Source: Trichormus sp. ATA11-4-KO1 (lineage in GTDB: Bacteria > Cyanobacteriota > Cyanobacteriia > Cyanobacteriales > Nostocaceae). Taken from it: DNA of 64,000 nt. The first letter of the stretch is position 1, and every line of letters begins with the position of its first letter. The translations under genes were made by a program, and so were the position numbers. The stretch covers positions 1 to 64,000 of the forward strand of contig JAHHIM010000005.1 of the NCBI GenBank assembly GCA_019358915.1. The letters run 5' to 3'. Positions 21,143 to 31,576 of the stretch are shown in pieces. The notes under the pieces are model-generated. The model was not told where the DNA came from. It saw nothing but the letters and a program-made list of their open reading frames with translations, and ran no database searches.

Positions 21143-21682
21143 ATGCGTAAGATAAACATTGGTTTGACAGAAGAACAACGTCACGGTGTGATGAACCTGT
21201 TAAATCAAAATTTAGCCGATTCCTACATTTTGCTAGTAAAAACCAAAAAATACCATTGGGATGTTGTAGGCCCTCAGTTCCGTAGTCTGCATGAACTGTG
21301 GGAAGAACAGTACGAAAAGCTAACCGAAAATATTGATGATTTAGCAGAGCGAGTCCGTGCTTTGGGTGGTTATCCAGTGGGTACGATGACGGGATTTCTG
21401 GAGATTGGTACTCTCAAGGAACATAGTGGTGAAGTCCCCTTAGCAACAGAGATGGTAGATCGACTCGTGGAAGATCATGAGCAGGTTATTCGCAATTTAA
21501 GGGATCATGTAGACCAATGTAGTGAGCAGTTCCATGATGAGGGTACTTCTGACTTTCTCACTGAACTGATGGAAGAGCATGAAGATATGGCTTGGATGCT
21601 GCGCTCATTCATTGAAGGAGAGGCGTTGCAGCCGAGCGGTGAACAACCAGCAGCAGAAACTAAAACCCCTGTGGGCGTGTAG
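21143..21682 (+). CDS. dps: Dps family DNA protection protein
   Basis: KTKKYHWDVVGPQFRSLH and DDLAERVRALGG ferroxidase motifs. Confidence 0.93.
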   Translation: MRKINIGLTEEQRHGVMNLLNQNLADSYILLVKTKKYHWDVVGPQFRSLHELWEEQYEKLTENIDDLAERVRALGGYPVGTMTGFLEIGTLKEHSGEVPLATEMVDRLVEDHEQVIRNLRDHVDQCSEQFHDEGTSDFLTELMEEHEDMAWMLRSFIEGEALQPSGEQPAAETKTPVGV

Positions 21683-21857
21683 ATATTGGTAAACATAGCT
21701 AAGTAAGTAACATTTGTGGGAAAGAGCAGAGGAGCAAAAATGTGATCAGTTATGGCCAGTCTTTACTAGCCAAACTTTATGAAAAAAGTGAAGGTTTAAA
21801 ACCGAGTAGAATTGTGGGCGAAACAGTCCTTGTATCCCAAGGTAGGTAGAAACCCTA

Positions 21858-21902
21858 ACGCCACTTGCTTTATGCCGGGGAACCCGTCCACCGCAGTGGC
21901 TC
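21858..21902 (+). repeat. 45-bp small dispersed repeat
   Basis: ACGCCACTTGC...GGGAACCC...GCAGTGGCTC, related to 8255-8299. Confidence 0.75.
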
Positions 21903-22057
21903 CCCCTAGTGTCAGGCTTGATTCAATTGCGTATAGCCTGGCGGCATCCGGAGGCTCTATGGCGAATTGCGAATTGGTTTCATGCCCTCTAGCTCTTTCT
22001 AATTCCTAATCTCTAAAAATCTGTCCACTACAAAAACAATATTGAAGGAGTATTCAA

Positions 22058-22825
22058 GTGCCAGAAGTATATCAAGCAGAACGTACCATATCGGCTGTAT
22101 TTAAAGAACAGAAGCAAATAGACCAAGTTATTCGACGTTTACTAGACAGGGGCGTGCCTAGAGACCATATTTCGGTCATGGGCAGGAACTTCCAATCAGA
22201 AACGCGAATTTCTGGTTTTATTACCAAGAAAGATGTGATTTTGGGAGGATTGAGAACAGGGGCAATTTTTGGTTCCTTGTTTGGTTCATTCCTCAGCTTA
22301 CTCACAGGTGTGGGCGTACTGTTTGTTCCCTTCGTTGGCCCTATTGTGGCTGCCGGTCCGATTGGTGCGTTGCTGCTAGGTGCTGCCAGTGGAGCGATCG
22401 CTGGGAGCGCTGGTGCTGGTTTAGTATCGGCTTTGACTGCTTGGGGAATGCCAGAAGATAAAGCTGCAATCTACCAAACACGTTTACAAGCGGGTGAATT
22501 TTTATTAATGGCAGAAGTGCCAAGCGATCGCCTTGGAGAATTTCAATTGCTGCTCGAAAGTGTCGGTGGTGAAGAAATTCATGTTACTAATAAAACACTG
22601 ACTCATCCTTGCCCTGGGCCATGCAACAGTTTAGAGGATTTATCCCCTGAAGTGCGCTCTCATCTTTCCGCAGAAGCTCAACGCACATTCATGGAAAGGT
22701 ATAACACCGTGTTAGATGAGACAAGTGATGAGTTTACAGCTGAACAAGCAGCTTGGGAAGCTGTTCATCAGCAATATGATGAAGATGAAAAAGGCGTTTG
22801 GTCAAAGGCTAAGGCAAAAGTCTAG
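22058..22825 (+). CDS. General stress protein (YflT/17M-like with Gly-rich TM hairpin) fused to a ChaB domain
   Basis: N-terminal ISAVF..HISVMG, Gly-zipper TM region, C-terminal [21 protein letters not shown]. Confidence 0.75.
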   Translation: MPEVYQAERTISAVFKEQKQIDQVIRRLLDRGVPRDHISVMGRNFQSETRISGFITKKDVILGGLRTGAIFGSLFGSFLSLLTGVGVLFVPFVGPIVAAGPIGALLLGAASGAIAGSAGAGLVSALTAWGMPEDKAAIYQTRLQAGEFLLMAEVPSDRLGEFQLLLESVGGEEIHVTNKTLTHPCPGPCNSLEDLSPEVRSHLSAEAQRTFMERYNTVLDETSDEFTAEQAAWEAVHQQYDEDEKGVWSKAKAKV

Positions 22826-23039
22826 CGATTTTTTACTAATTTATTGAACTGGTCAATGGTAATAGGTAAGGGGATAAAACTCATTACCTATTATCTTTTT
22901 TTTATTATTTGAATTACTTAATTTTACATCTATCTTAAGTAGTTAAATAATTAAAAATTAATTCTATCCAATGACAGACGAAAAAAAGTAGATACTAGTG
23001 ATAATCTACTCACTAGCTTTTAAAAGGTAATAGATAACT

Positions 23040-23222
23040 ATGAGTATTGAAAAAAGAGTAGAAGCAACTGCCAAAAATATTGAAGGCAAAGTGCAAGAAG
23101 TAGTTGGTGAAGTAACTGGCAACCCAGCAGATAAGGCCGAAGGTCAAGCCAAGCAAGCTGAGTCTCAAGTTATTCATACCACAGAAAATCTCAAAGATGA
23201 AGTGAAGAAAATTATAGATTAG
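23040..23222 (+). CDS. csbD: CsbD family stress protein
   Basis: IEGKVQEVVGEVTGN..KAEGQAKQ. Confidence 0.88.
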   Translation: MSIEKRVEATAKNIEGKVQEVVGEVTGNPADKAEGQAKQAESQVIHTTENLKDEVKKIID

Positions 23223-23277
23223 CTTGGTGTCTCCAGGTCGATAATTTGAGTGTATCTATCAACTTCTAAATTTTTGG

Positions 23278-23306
23278 TACTCCACTTTTTTTGAAGAAGT
23301 GGAGTA
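23278..23306. terminator. Hairpin, probable terminator between csbD and glsB
   Basis: TACTCCACTT / AAGTGGAGTA 10-bp stem between convergent genes. Confidence 0.6.
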
Positions 23307-23381
23307 TTTATATCTGCTTTTAAGGAAGGAAGTGTAGCTACTAATAACTTGGTTCTCACTATGATTCTTCTTTTTATCCTA

Positions 23382-23654
23382 CTAATAACTGGTACTTCCA
23401 GTTAGCAAATCCCATAAAAAAATTGCAATCATTGCACCAATAATAGCAACAATTAAACCTGGAATACTAAGAGTTGCCGCAGTAAGTTGTAGTCTTCCAG
23501 TTTCTAAGAGAGTTACGATAGTTCCCCCGATTAAAGCACCGATAACACCTAAAATCATTGTTGTAATTATTCCGCCTCCCTGACGACCAGGGTAAATAGC
23601 TTTAGCTATAGCTCCAGCGATCAAACCCAGAATGATCCAAGCAATAATGTTCAT
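23382..23654 (-). CDS. GlsB/YeaQ/YmgE stress membrane protein
   Basis: IIAWIILGLIAGAIAKAIYPG...LGVIGALIGG...AIIGA. Confidence 0.9.
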   Translation of the reverse strand: MNIIAWIILGLIAGAIAKAIYPGRQGGGIITTMILGVIGALIGGTIVTLLETGRLQLTAATLSIPGLIVAIIGAMIAIFLWDLLTGSTSY

Positions 23655-24567
23655 AATTTAATTCATTAAAAGACTTATAAGTAATTTATTAATTTCCATC
23701 TAGTTTTCCTTCTACCAGAAGAAATAGCTATTAAGGTCAATTAAAATTACCTCCATAGCTACAATCTTGGGAATACAAGCTTGCAGACACTGTTGTTTGG
23801 AGATGAAGGTAATTTTCGTGATCATTTTTCCAAAATAAACACTAAAGAACTAGCAACATAGATCCTGTTGAGAGATTACATATATTTGGGAATACTAAAA
23901 CAGCATGGGCAATAGCCTGAGAAAATCTCAGAAAGTAGTGTTTCCATAACATAAAACTATCAGAGACTCAAACAGTTACCCATAAGAATTGAGACATGTA
24001 ACTTAATCAATCACTAGACAGAAAAATTTCCATGAAGAAATCCAAAAATAGCATCCCGTTTTGGCGAATTGCCCTTTAGTTCCTGAAGTTACTAGAAAAC
24101 ACTTAGTTCAGGTTGTCAAAGAATACAACAAACTATCCTTGGCGCAATGTTAAGCTAAACAATTCAATGTTTATGATGGCTATTCCTCTACGTCAATCAC
24201 AAATTACTATTTTTTAAATCCACTAGTGTAGTTGATAATAAATAGTTTTGATAACAGTATTTTAACGCAAATGATAGTAAATTTTATTTTGCTTCTAATT
24301 TATGTTTATATATTTTAATTTCTCTTTCTGCTTTTTGAGATATTCTTCTGAGTTGCCCAATATCACTTTTTAGGAGTCAGTAATATTTATAAATTTCTAT
24401 AAATGAAATTTTCGATACTTTCTGATTTATAAATAAGGATTTATTATGTACGATTAGTCATTAATAACTCATGTTTGATTGGGCTAGCTTTTTCCAAATC
24501 AGGAACCTTGGTATATAATACTAGCAAAATCAACACATTCTCTTAAATCAATCCGGGCATAAATACT

Positions 24568-24894
24568 ATGAATCAACAAGTGAAAGTTATTAAACTCAGT
24601 GGCATTGTTAACACTACAAACTCACAAGAATTGCGACAACACATTACTCACCTTCTAGAAAGTGGTGCAAAAACCGTGTTAGTTGATTGTCAAGATGTAA
24701 CATTTATGGATAGTTCTGCCTTAGGAGCTTTGGTGTTAGCTTTTAAAACATTAAGGGCGGCGGACACCAAACTAGTTCTTTGCTCTATTAATGAACAAGT
24801 CAGAATCTTATTTGAATTAACTGGTATGGATAAAGTATTTGAGATATTTCCGAATCAAGATGAGTTTAACCAGGTTATTCTCTCAAAAAACTAA
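24568..24894 (+). CDS. STAS-domain anti-anti-sigma factor
   Basis: VDCQDVTFMDSSALG with the phosphorylatable Ser; FELTGMDKVF. Confidence 0.9.
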   Translation: MNQQVKVIKLSGIVNTTNSQELRQHITHLLESGAKTVLVDCQDVTFMDSSALGALVLAFKTLRAADTKLVLCSINEQVRILFELTGMDKVFEIFPNQDEFNQVILSKN

Positions 24895-24895
24895 A

Positions 24896-26032
24896 TTAAT
24901 CAAAATTAATTTGCAGGATTGATAAATCATCATCAAAAGCCTCTTTGGAGTTCAAAGCAATGAGGTAATTCAATACCTGATCGAGTTGGCGATCAATAGT
25001 ATGTTGTAAGCTAACAAGTATTTGAATAAAAGCATCCAAACTCCAAAGTGTGCCATCTAATTTAGTAATTTCATAAGCACCGTCACTAAAAATATAAAGG
25101 CTACTGAGTTTTTCAATATTACAATAAGCATCTACATATTTTGTATCGGGAAACATCCCAACTGGCATTCCGGGAGTTCTCAATAGTTGCACTTGAGCCT
25201 TTTTAGGAGAATTACCAGATATTAATATTGCTGGTGGATGACCAGCACTGGCATAAATTAATTGCCGATTAATTCGGTTATAAACTCCATACCAAATAGT
25301 AAAGTATTTATCATTTTGGTAATTCATTTGAAAGGTTTCGTTTAAAGCCTTTAGCACAGCACTGGGTTGATAGTAATTCAGTCCTTTTAAAGCACGGGAA
25401 CGTAACAGATTCAGCACAGAAATAGAAGGGAGAGTAGCCTTGAGACCATGCCCTGCTGTATCAAGTAGGTATACTGCCAAATAGTCAGAATCTAGCCAGT
25501 AGTAATCGAAACAATCACCGCCGAGTTGGCGGGAGGGAATGAATCGAGAATTGATGCTGAAAGGCTCAGTTAATGGTAGAGGGAGAAGCGATCGCACATA
25601 CTCTGCGGCTTCGGCTAGTTCTGTTTCTAAAAGCAGTTTTTGGGTTTGCAAGTCCCGACTCAACTGATGCAGGCGCAATCCTGCTCTGACCCTGGCTTTC
25701 AATTCATTTTGCTCAAGGGGTTTGGAGATAAAATCATCAGCACCAGCATCCAGTCCCTTGACGCGATCAGCGACTGAATCCAAAGATGTTAAAAAAATGA
25801 AAAAAGTGGTAGATAAATTGGGGTCTGTCTTAATGTAATTACATACATCCAATCCATTTAATCCCGGCATAATCCAATCACAAATAATCAGTGCAGGATG
25901 ATAGGCGATCGCCTGAGCAATTCCTTCTTCTCCATTACTGGCAGCAACTACCCGATAGCCCTGTTTTTCTAACATCCTTTTCAGGAGTGTTTGTATGGAA
26001 ATGTCATCATCAATTACCAGGATTTGAAACAT
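24896..26032 (-). CDS. Receiver-domain PP2C/SpoIIE phosphatase (RsbU/RsbP-like)
   Basis: N-terminal REC domain; LGGDCFD, DTAGHG, SAGHPP, FSDG, DDDLS. Confidence 0.92.
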   Translation of the reverse strand: MFQILVIDDDISIQTLLKRMLEKQGYRVVAASNGEEGIAQAIAYHPALIICDWIMPGLNGLDVCNYIKTDPNLSTTFFIFLTSLDSVADRVKGLDAGADDFISKPLEQNELKARVRAGLRLHQLSRDLQTQKLLLETELAEAAEYVRSLLPLPLTEPFSINSRFIPSRQLGGDCFDYYWLDSDYLAVYLLDTAGHGLKATLPSISVLNLLRSRALKGLNYYQPSAVLKALNETFQMNYQNDKYFTIWYGVYNRINRQLIYASAGHPPAILISGNSPKKAQVQLLRTPGMPVGMFPDTKYVDAYCNIEKLSSLYIFSDGAYEITKLDGTLWSLDAFIQILVSLQHTIDRQLDQVLNYLIALNSKEAFDDDLSILQINFD

Positions 26033-26216
26033 AGAGAAATTTAGAGAACACTAATTAATAATTTGATGCCAAAAAAATATAAAAATTATTTAAATCTCAC
26101 AGATTAGTATTCTAATTTGAAAAATTATACTCATCCATAAAACTTCTATTTAATTTTTTAAAGAACTCAGTATACATCTATTTCCTTCTTGACTGTCAAC
26201 TGTTACCTTTATCTAT

Positions 26217-26984
26217 TTATGGAGGTGAAAGTGGATTTATCCATAAGAGAATGGCACGTTTTAGCTGATTCAAATCGCGGTAAACTTCTTGTCTAAACCA
26301 TTGACCAAAGGCATCCAAGGGAGTGAATGATGCTCCTGGTTGCCATTTAATATCTTGACCTAAGGGTGTAGTATGAGTTCCTGGTAAGGTTTGTACCGTT
26401 ACCATCTCCGGAAAGCGTGCTTGTAAAATTTTGGTTAAAGCTGCTGACTGGTCAATGGTGTCGTTGCTAAATTTGATTAATAAATTGCGACGGATACTGT
26501 AGCGTTCCTGTACAAGTTGGTTGGTTTCCCAAGGTGAGGGGGTAAATTCAATCTGCAAAGTAGAGTTGAACTGTTCTACTAAAGGAATAGCCTCCTTCGC
26601 CGCGTAGTTATTGAAGGAGATTAAAATATTGCCGGCACGTTCTACACCAAAGAGACTACCTATGAGCAAGTGAAGTTTACAACCCATACTGTGTCCCAGT
26701 CCATAGGTAGGGAGGTAGACCTTGCGTAATGCTGCTGAGTCTTGTAATCGTTCTAGGGTGCGCTCAAAGTTCAGCAGTACAGTTTTAGCGATCGCCGCAT
26801 GATCCAAGGTGTTAACAAATGGCGTGGCGATAATCACATATCCCTTATTTGCCAGTTGTTCTAGTAACCAACGGTAAGTCAAATGGGGTGCAGTGGCGAC
26901 AAATGCACCTCCCAGGAAATGGATGATACCGACGGGATTTCGGGGAATGAGTACCCAGTTACCTCTAATTTCTTTCCAGTCCAT
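26217..26984 (-). CDS. DUF1350 family alpha/beta hydrolase
   Basis: HFLGGAFVATAP, GHSMG, GTHTTP. Confidence 0.85.
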   Translation of the reverse strand: MDWKEIRGNWVLIPRNPVGIIHFLGGAFVATAPHLTYRWLLEQLANKGYVIIATPFVNTLDHAAIAKTVLLNFERTLERLQDSAALRKVYLPTYGLGHSMGCKLHLLIGSLFGVERAGNILISFNNYAAKEAIPLVEQFNSTLQIEFTPSPWETNQLVQERYSIRRNLLIKFSNDTIDQSAALTKILQARFPEMVTVQTLPGTHTTPLGQDIKWQPGASFTPLDAFGQWFRQEVYRDLNQLKRAILLWINPLSPP

Positions 26985-27125
26985 ACCTATAGGCGATCGC
27001 TAAATGCACACCTCTTTATGTTAGACCGTGGATAGCAACGGTGGGGTGCTTGATGAAAAAAGCTATGATCATGGTCAGCCTATCCCTTGACTGATATTCA
27101 AACCTACTTCACAGATGTATCAGTT

Positions 27126-27845
27126 TTAGTGTTGGGTTTGTAACCTTTTCATTTCCAGTTGCACATCTAATGCAATCTCTAATGCTTCATTCAGTAACCT
27201 ACCATGCTCGGTAGCTTGTTCTGTAACTTGCATTGCCGTTAAAGTTGCTAAATTATTCACAAATAACTCTGTATTCTTGATAATAAAATTTTTATTTTCT
27301 CTCAAAATTCTTTCTGTTTTTAAAGCTCTAATTAAATCAACTCTTGTCAGCTTTAATGCTGCAATAACCTTTTTTCTTTCCTTAATAACAACTTCTGGAT
27401 TCCCAGCTTCTTCTATTTGATCATTGATATCTATTGCTTTGATAACAGCATTATATCTATCTACATCATTTAAGAGTATTTCTAGAGAATTTGTCATATT
27501 CTCATGCAGTATTTTAAGTCTTTGCCACCATAAAAAATACAAAATAATCTGTGTAATACCTCCACCCCAAAAGCATAATATTATTAACAAAAGCCAGGAC
27601 GGCATCGTAATCCAGGTAGCAAACAGTCTAATAATAATATCAAAAACTAAATAGCTAAATACAAAGATAGAACAGCTCATAAAAACTACGGTAGCTCCCT
27701 CAGAACCCTTGATTTTGTCTATAATTTTTTTTCCGAACTTTCTTAAAGGATTGCTAAGAATAATTAATTCATCTTTAACAGGTAAATTAGTCAACTTTCG
27801 CAGGTCTTTCTGACTAATCTCTAAGCCATGTAGATCATTACGCAC
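27126..27845 (-). CDS. Hypothetical membrane protein (2 TM plus helical C-terminus)
   Basis: 239-aa ORF; RYNAVIKAIDINDQ and RALKTERILREN resemble a cyanobacterial family. Confidence 0.7.
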   Translation of the reverse strand: MRNDLHGLEISQKDLRKLTNLPVKDELIILSNPLRKFGKKIIDKIKGSEGATVVFMSCSIFVFSYLVFDIIIRLFATWITMPSWLLLIILCFWGGGITQIILYFLWWQRLKILHENMTNSLEILLNDVDRYNAVIKAIDINDQIEEAGNPEVVIKERKKVIAALKLTRVDLIRALKTERILRENKNFIIKNTELFVNNLATLTAMQVTEQATEHGRLLNEALEIALDVQLEMKRLQTQH

Positions 27846-28208
27846 AGCTTTACCATCCTCACCAGAATATTTTTCTTAGTACAATATAACAATCAAATTT
27901 ATTAATGGCTCGTCCAATAGTAATTTTGTTAGTTTTTTTATAAGAATTAATTGCTACAAAAACGAGATTAATTTTGTGTACAATATAATACTTCAAGTCT
28001 TATATAAATATTTGTACTTTCAAATTAGAATCGTTTGTAAAAGATGACGATAACTAAATAAATTGAGTTTCCTTGATCAAGCTAATTTGGTTTCTGTCCT
28101 ATTAGTTGATAAAAATCCAGTTGATGTTACCTTGATTGTTGTTGATAAACAGTATGCCAGTGCCTATTTTCTTTTTTAGCACGGTGTACCTTAATTCGAC
28201 ACGTTAGT

Positions 28209-28982
28209 TTAAAGTGTGGGCTTGTCAAGCAGCATCAAAGAGAGAAAAAAGTCCATGATAAAAATTGATACCCAAGTGGTAACAACTGCTGTTGTGGCTG
28301 ATTCTCCTACCTCTTTTGCTCCTCCTTTGGTAGTTAATCCCCAACTACAGCCATTGACAGCAACTATGGCTCCAAAAATAAATCCTTTTACTAAAATCAT
28401 AAGTAAATCTGATGGTTCTAAAAAAGTTCTGACCGATTCTAAAAATGCCTCTGGAACAATCTGGAAAAACTGTGATGCAGCAAAAACTCCGCCAGCGATG
28501 CCCATAACTAAAGCAAAAACCATCATAATTGGCATCATCAAAAAGCAGGCAATTACTCTAGGAAGCACTAAATAATCAATCGGATTTGTTCTGAGCATAT
28601 AAAGTGCATCAATTTGCTCTGTTACGCGCATTGCACCTATTTCTGCGGCAAAAGCAGAACCTACTTGTCCGGCAATAATACTAGCTGTTAAAAGTGGCGC
28701 TAATTCTCTGCAAAAAGCTAATGCAAAAGCACCTCCTACACTACCAACAGCACCAAAACGGACTAATTCTCTAGCGGTCTGAATGGTAAAAATCATACCC
28801 GCAAACCCACTCACAAGCAGAACTGGAGAGATAGAAGCCGGTCCGGCTGTCACCATGTGCTCCAAAATCTTGCGGTAGTAAGTTTTTCCCTGGAGTAAGT
28901 GCAGTAAAACTTGACCAAAGAGCAGCACTGCGGCAAAACAGCGTACAATCCACAATTGCTCTAATTTTTTTTTTGTTTGCAA
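28209..28982 (-). CDS. mlaE: MlaE-family lipid ABC permease
   Basis: RELAPLL, GSAFAAEIGAMRVTEQIDAL, GVGES-like GAKEVGESATTAVV. Confidence 0.9.
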   Translation of the reverse strand: MQTKKKLEQLWIVRCFAAVLLFGQVLLHLLQGKTYYRKILEHMVTAGPASISPVLLVSGFAGMIFTIQTARELVRFGAVGSVGGAFALAFCRELAPLLTASIIAGQVGSAFAAEIGAMRVTEQIDALYMLRTNPIDYLVLPRVIACFLMMPIMMVFALVMGIAGGVFAASQFFQIVPEAFLESVRTFLEPSDLLMILVKGFIFGAIVAVNGCSWGLTTKGGAKEVGESATTAVVTTWVSIFIMDFFLSLMLLDKPTL

Positions 28983-29804
28983 TTTTACCGCCCTTAAGAC
29001 TAAATTTTTTCTATATATGTAAGGTTTATGACCGCATTGGGATGTATTTGGTGCTTGCCCTCAAATTTCAGTAGGTATAAATTAAACCTCGTCATCAGCT
29101 TACCGGAAAGTGTATCCTTTCTCAAGGCATTTTGTCACTAAAAAAAACAAGAACTTGTATTATTGTTAATAACATAAAAAGGCTGCATTAATTTCTAATT
29201 AAACTATTTAAATATTATTAATTAAAGAACTATATCTCTAACATAAAAAGCAAAAATAATTAACTATTGAATTACAAAATAATTCACTTCACGCCAATTT
29301 CTGTGAAAAAAACTGAGAAGATTTGCTTAACTTTCTACTGATTTTTTAAAGGACGGCACTAATTTTTAGCCAAAAAGATAAATTTGCTAGTGTAGTCAAC
29401 TATCTAAAGGAAGAGAAAAAAAATCAAGGTTTGACCTTAAGCTAGTTGTGTTATTGAGTCAAATCTGGGAATATTACTGGTAGATTTATGAAAAAATCTG
29501 TGTTTTTTAATATTATTTAGATGCCATAGTATCTAAGTTGGGTATAAGGTTTTTTGGTAATTATGGCTAAATAGCTATCAAAAGCCTATCCTCCTGCTAA
29601 TTGTCCACAGTCAAGGATCTGACAAATTCATAGGTGTGTTTTAGGAACAAATGATTATGTCCTCAAAGCTTTTGAATTTTAAGAGTTAACAAACAGCATT
29701 CATTATTGTGAATATTGAAATGAACCAAACAGTCATATGCCTACCCTGACCTAATTAGGCTGACATACAGAGTTTTTCGATTTTTTCTGGAGGAGAATAT
29801 TTTC

Positions 29805-31451
29805 ATGATTAATTTCTTACGTTGGTCATCAGCTAGCAAACTTGTGCTAGCTTTGGGAGTAACAGTGGCCACAATCAACCCCATAATAGTTTCCGCTCCA
29901 ACTTCAGCTCAAACTAGCTCTCCCTCATCAACTGTCGCGGCTAATTTATCTGATATTGGCTCAGATTATTGGGCACGTCCATTCATTCAAGCCCTAGCGG
30001 AAAGAAACATCATTTCTGGATTTCCTGATGGCACTTTTAAGCCAAATCAACCAGTGAGCCGGGCTGAATTTGCGGCAATGATTCAACAAGCTTTTAATCA
30101 AAACCCGGTTCGGCAAATAAGTCCAGGCGGATTTACAGATGTTCCAGCTGGTTTTTGGGCAGCTTCGGCAATTCAGGAAGCCTACGAAACTGGATTTATG
30201 GCAGGCTATCCAGGAAATCTGTTTTTGCCCAATCAGCAAATTCCCAAGGTTCAGGCGATTGTCGCTTTAAGCAATGGTTTGGGTTTGCAAACTAGCGAAA
30301 ATGCCTTAGGCGTTGTGAATACTTACTACACAGATGCTTCAGCAATCCCCAACTATGCGTTAGATGGTGTAGCAGCCGCAACACAAGCCAATATTGTCGT
30401 TAACTATCCAAATGTCAACCGACTCAATCCGTTAGATCCTTTAACTCGTGCCGAAGCAGCAGCAATTTTGTATCAATCTTTAGTCAGGCAGGGACAAATG
30501 CAAGCTCTGGCTAGTAATGAGCCGGCGGCTACTTATATAGTTAGGGCTGCTGACACACCTCAAACTGCTCAAGATATTGTTTCTCTGGCTGCATCGAGTG
30601 ATTCTTTTACAAGCTTGACTTCTTTATTAAAGACAGCAGGTTTAGCAAGTATTCTACAACAACCAGGCCCTTACACAGTTTTTGCTCCCACGGATGAAGC
30701 ATTTGCGGCTTTACCTGCTGGTACTTTACAAGAGTTACAGCAACCAGAAAATAGAGAATTACTGATTAAAATTTTGAGATATCATGTGGTTCCTGGTGAA
30801 CTAACTGCTAATCAACTTTCTGCTGGAGAATTGAGAACGTTTGAAGATACACCTGTCAACATTAAAGTTGATGCTGCTACCAATCAAATTGCGGTCAACG
30901 ATGCAAACGTTATCCAGCCGAACGTCCAAGCCAGCAATGGTGTGATCCATGTAATTAACGAAGTTCTCATCCCGCCTGACCTGGGAGTTAGCCAGCAACC
31001 ACCAGGAGAAACCACTAATGGTGTGACGCCAGGTATAACTACTCGTGGTGGCTCTAGCTATATTGGCGCTGCCGGCAACCTTGGTTTAAGTGGTGATTCA
31101 TCTCTTGGCGAGAGTAACTTTGCAGTCATTAGCAAAATCGGGCTGACACGTACTATCTCGGCGCGACCATCGGTGATATTTGGGGGTGATACACTGTTTC
31201 TGGTTCCCGTAACTTTAGATTTTTCTCCACGTTCAGCAGATCCCTTGGGTGAACAACAGTTCTCAATATCTCCTTATCTAGGTGCTGGCGTAGCTATTGA
31301 AGCTGGCGGCGGATCTGACGTTGGTTTATTGTTAACTGGTGGTGTAGATGTACCTTTAGGCGATCGCTTTACGGCCACAGGTAGCGTAAATGCAGCTTTT
31401 TTGGATAGAACTGATGTCGGGTTGCTATTGGGAATTGGCTACAACTTTTAA
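29805..31451 (+). CDS. Secreted SLH + fasciclin (FAS1) protein with C-terminal beta-barrel-like region
   Basis: SLH repeats (SRAEFA, TRAEAA), FAS1 (YTVFAPTDEAF, NGVIHVINEVL), C-terminus GIGYNF. Confidence 0.85.
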   Translation: MINFLRWSSASKLVLALGVTVATINPIIVSAPTSAQTSSPSSTVAANLSDIGSDYWARPFIQALAERNIISGFPDGTFKPNQPVSRAEFAAMIQQAFNQNPVRQISPGGFTDVPAGFWAASAIQEAYETGFMAGYPGNLFLPNQQIPKVQAIVALSNGLGLQTSENALGVVNTYYTDASAIPNYALDGVAAATQANIVVNYPNVNRLNPLDPLTRAEAAAILYQSLVRQGQMQALASNEPAATYIVRAADTPQTAQDIVSLAASSDSFTSLTSLLKTAGLASILQQPGPYTVFAPTDEAFAALPAGTLQELQQPENRELLIKILRYHVVPGELTANQLSAGELRTFEDTPVNIKVDAATNQIAVNDANVIQPNVQASNGVIHVINEVLIPPDLGVSQQPPGETTNGVTPGITTRGGSSYIGAAGNLGLSGDSSLGESNFAVISKIGLTRTISARPSVIFGGDTLFLVPVTLDFSPRSADPLGEQQFSISPYLGAGVAIEAGGGSDVGLLLTGGVDVPLGDRFTATGSVNAAFLDRTDVGLLLGIGYNF

Positions 31452-31576
31452 ATGATTTTGCTCAGACTAATCTACTTTGCTGACTTATTGACTTCGACTC
31501 AGCACTCAGCACTTTTTCAAGTCAGGGTGGAAAAATAGCCCACCCTACTGCTATCCGTAGAATAAATCCAAAAGGT

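Noticed and set aside
21812..22009. 65-aa ORF between dps and the ChaB fusion
   Set aside because: Made largely of dispersed repeats, with a TTG start.
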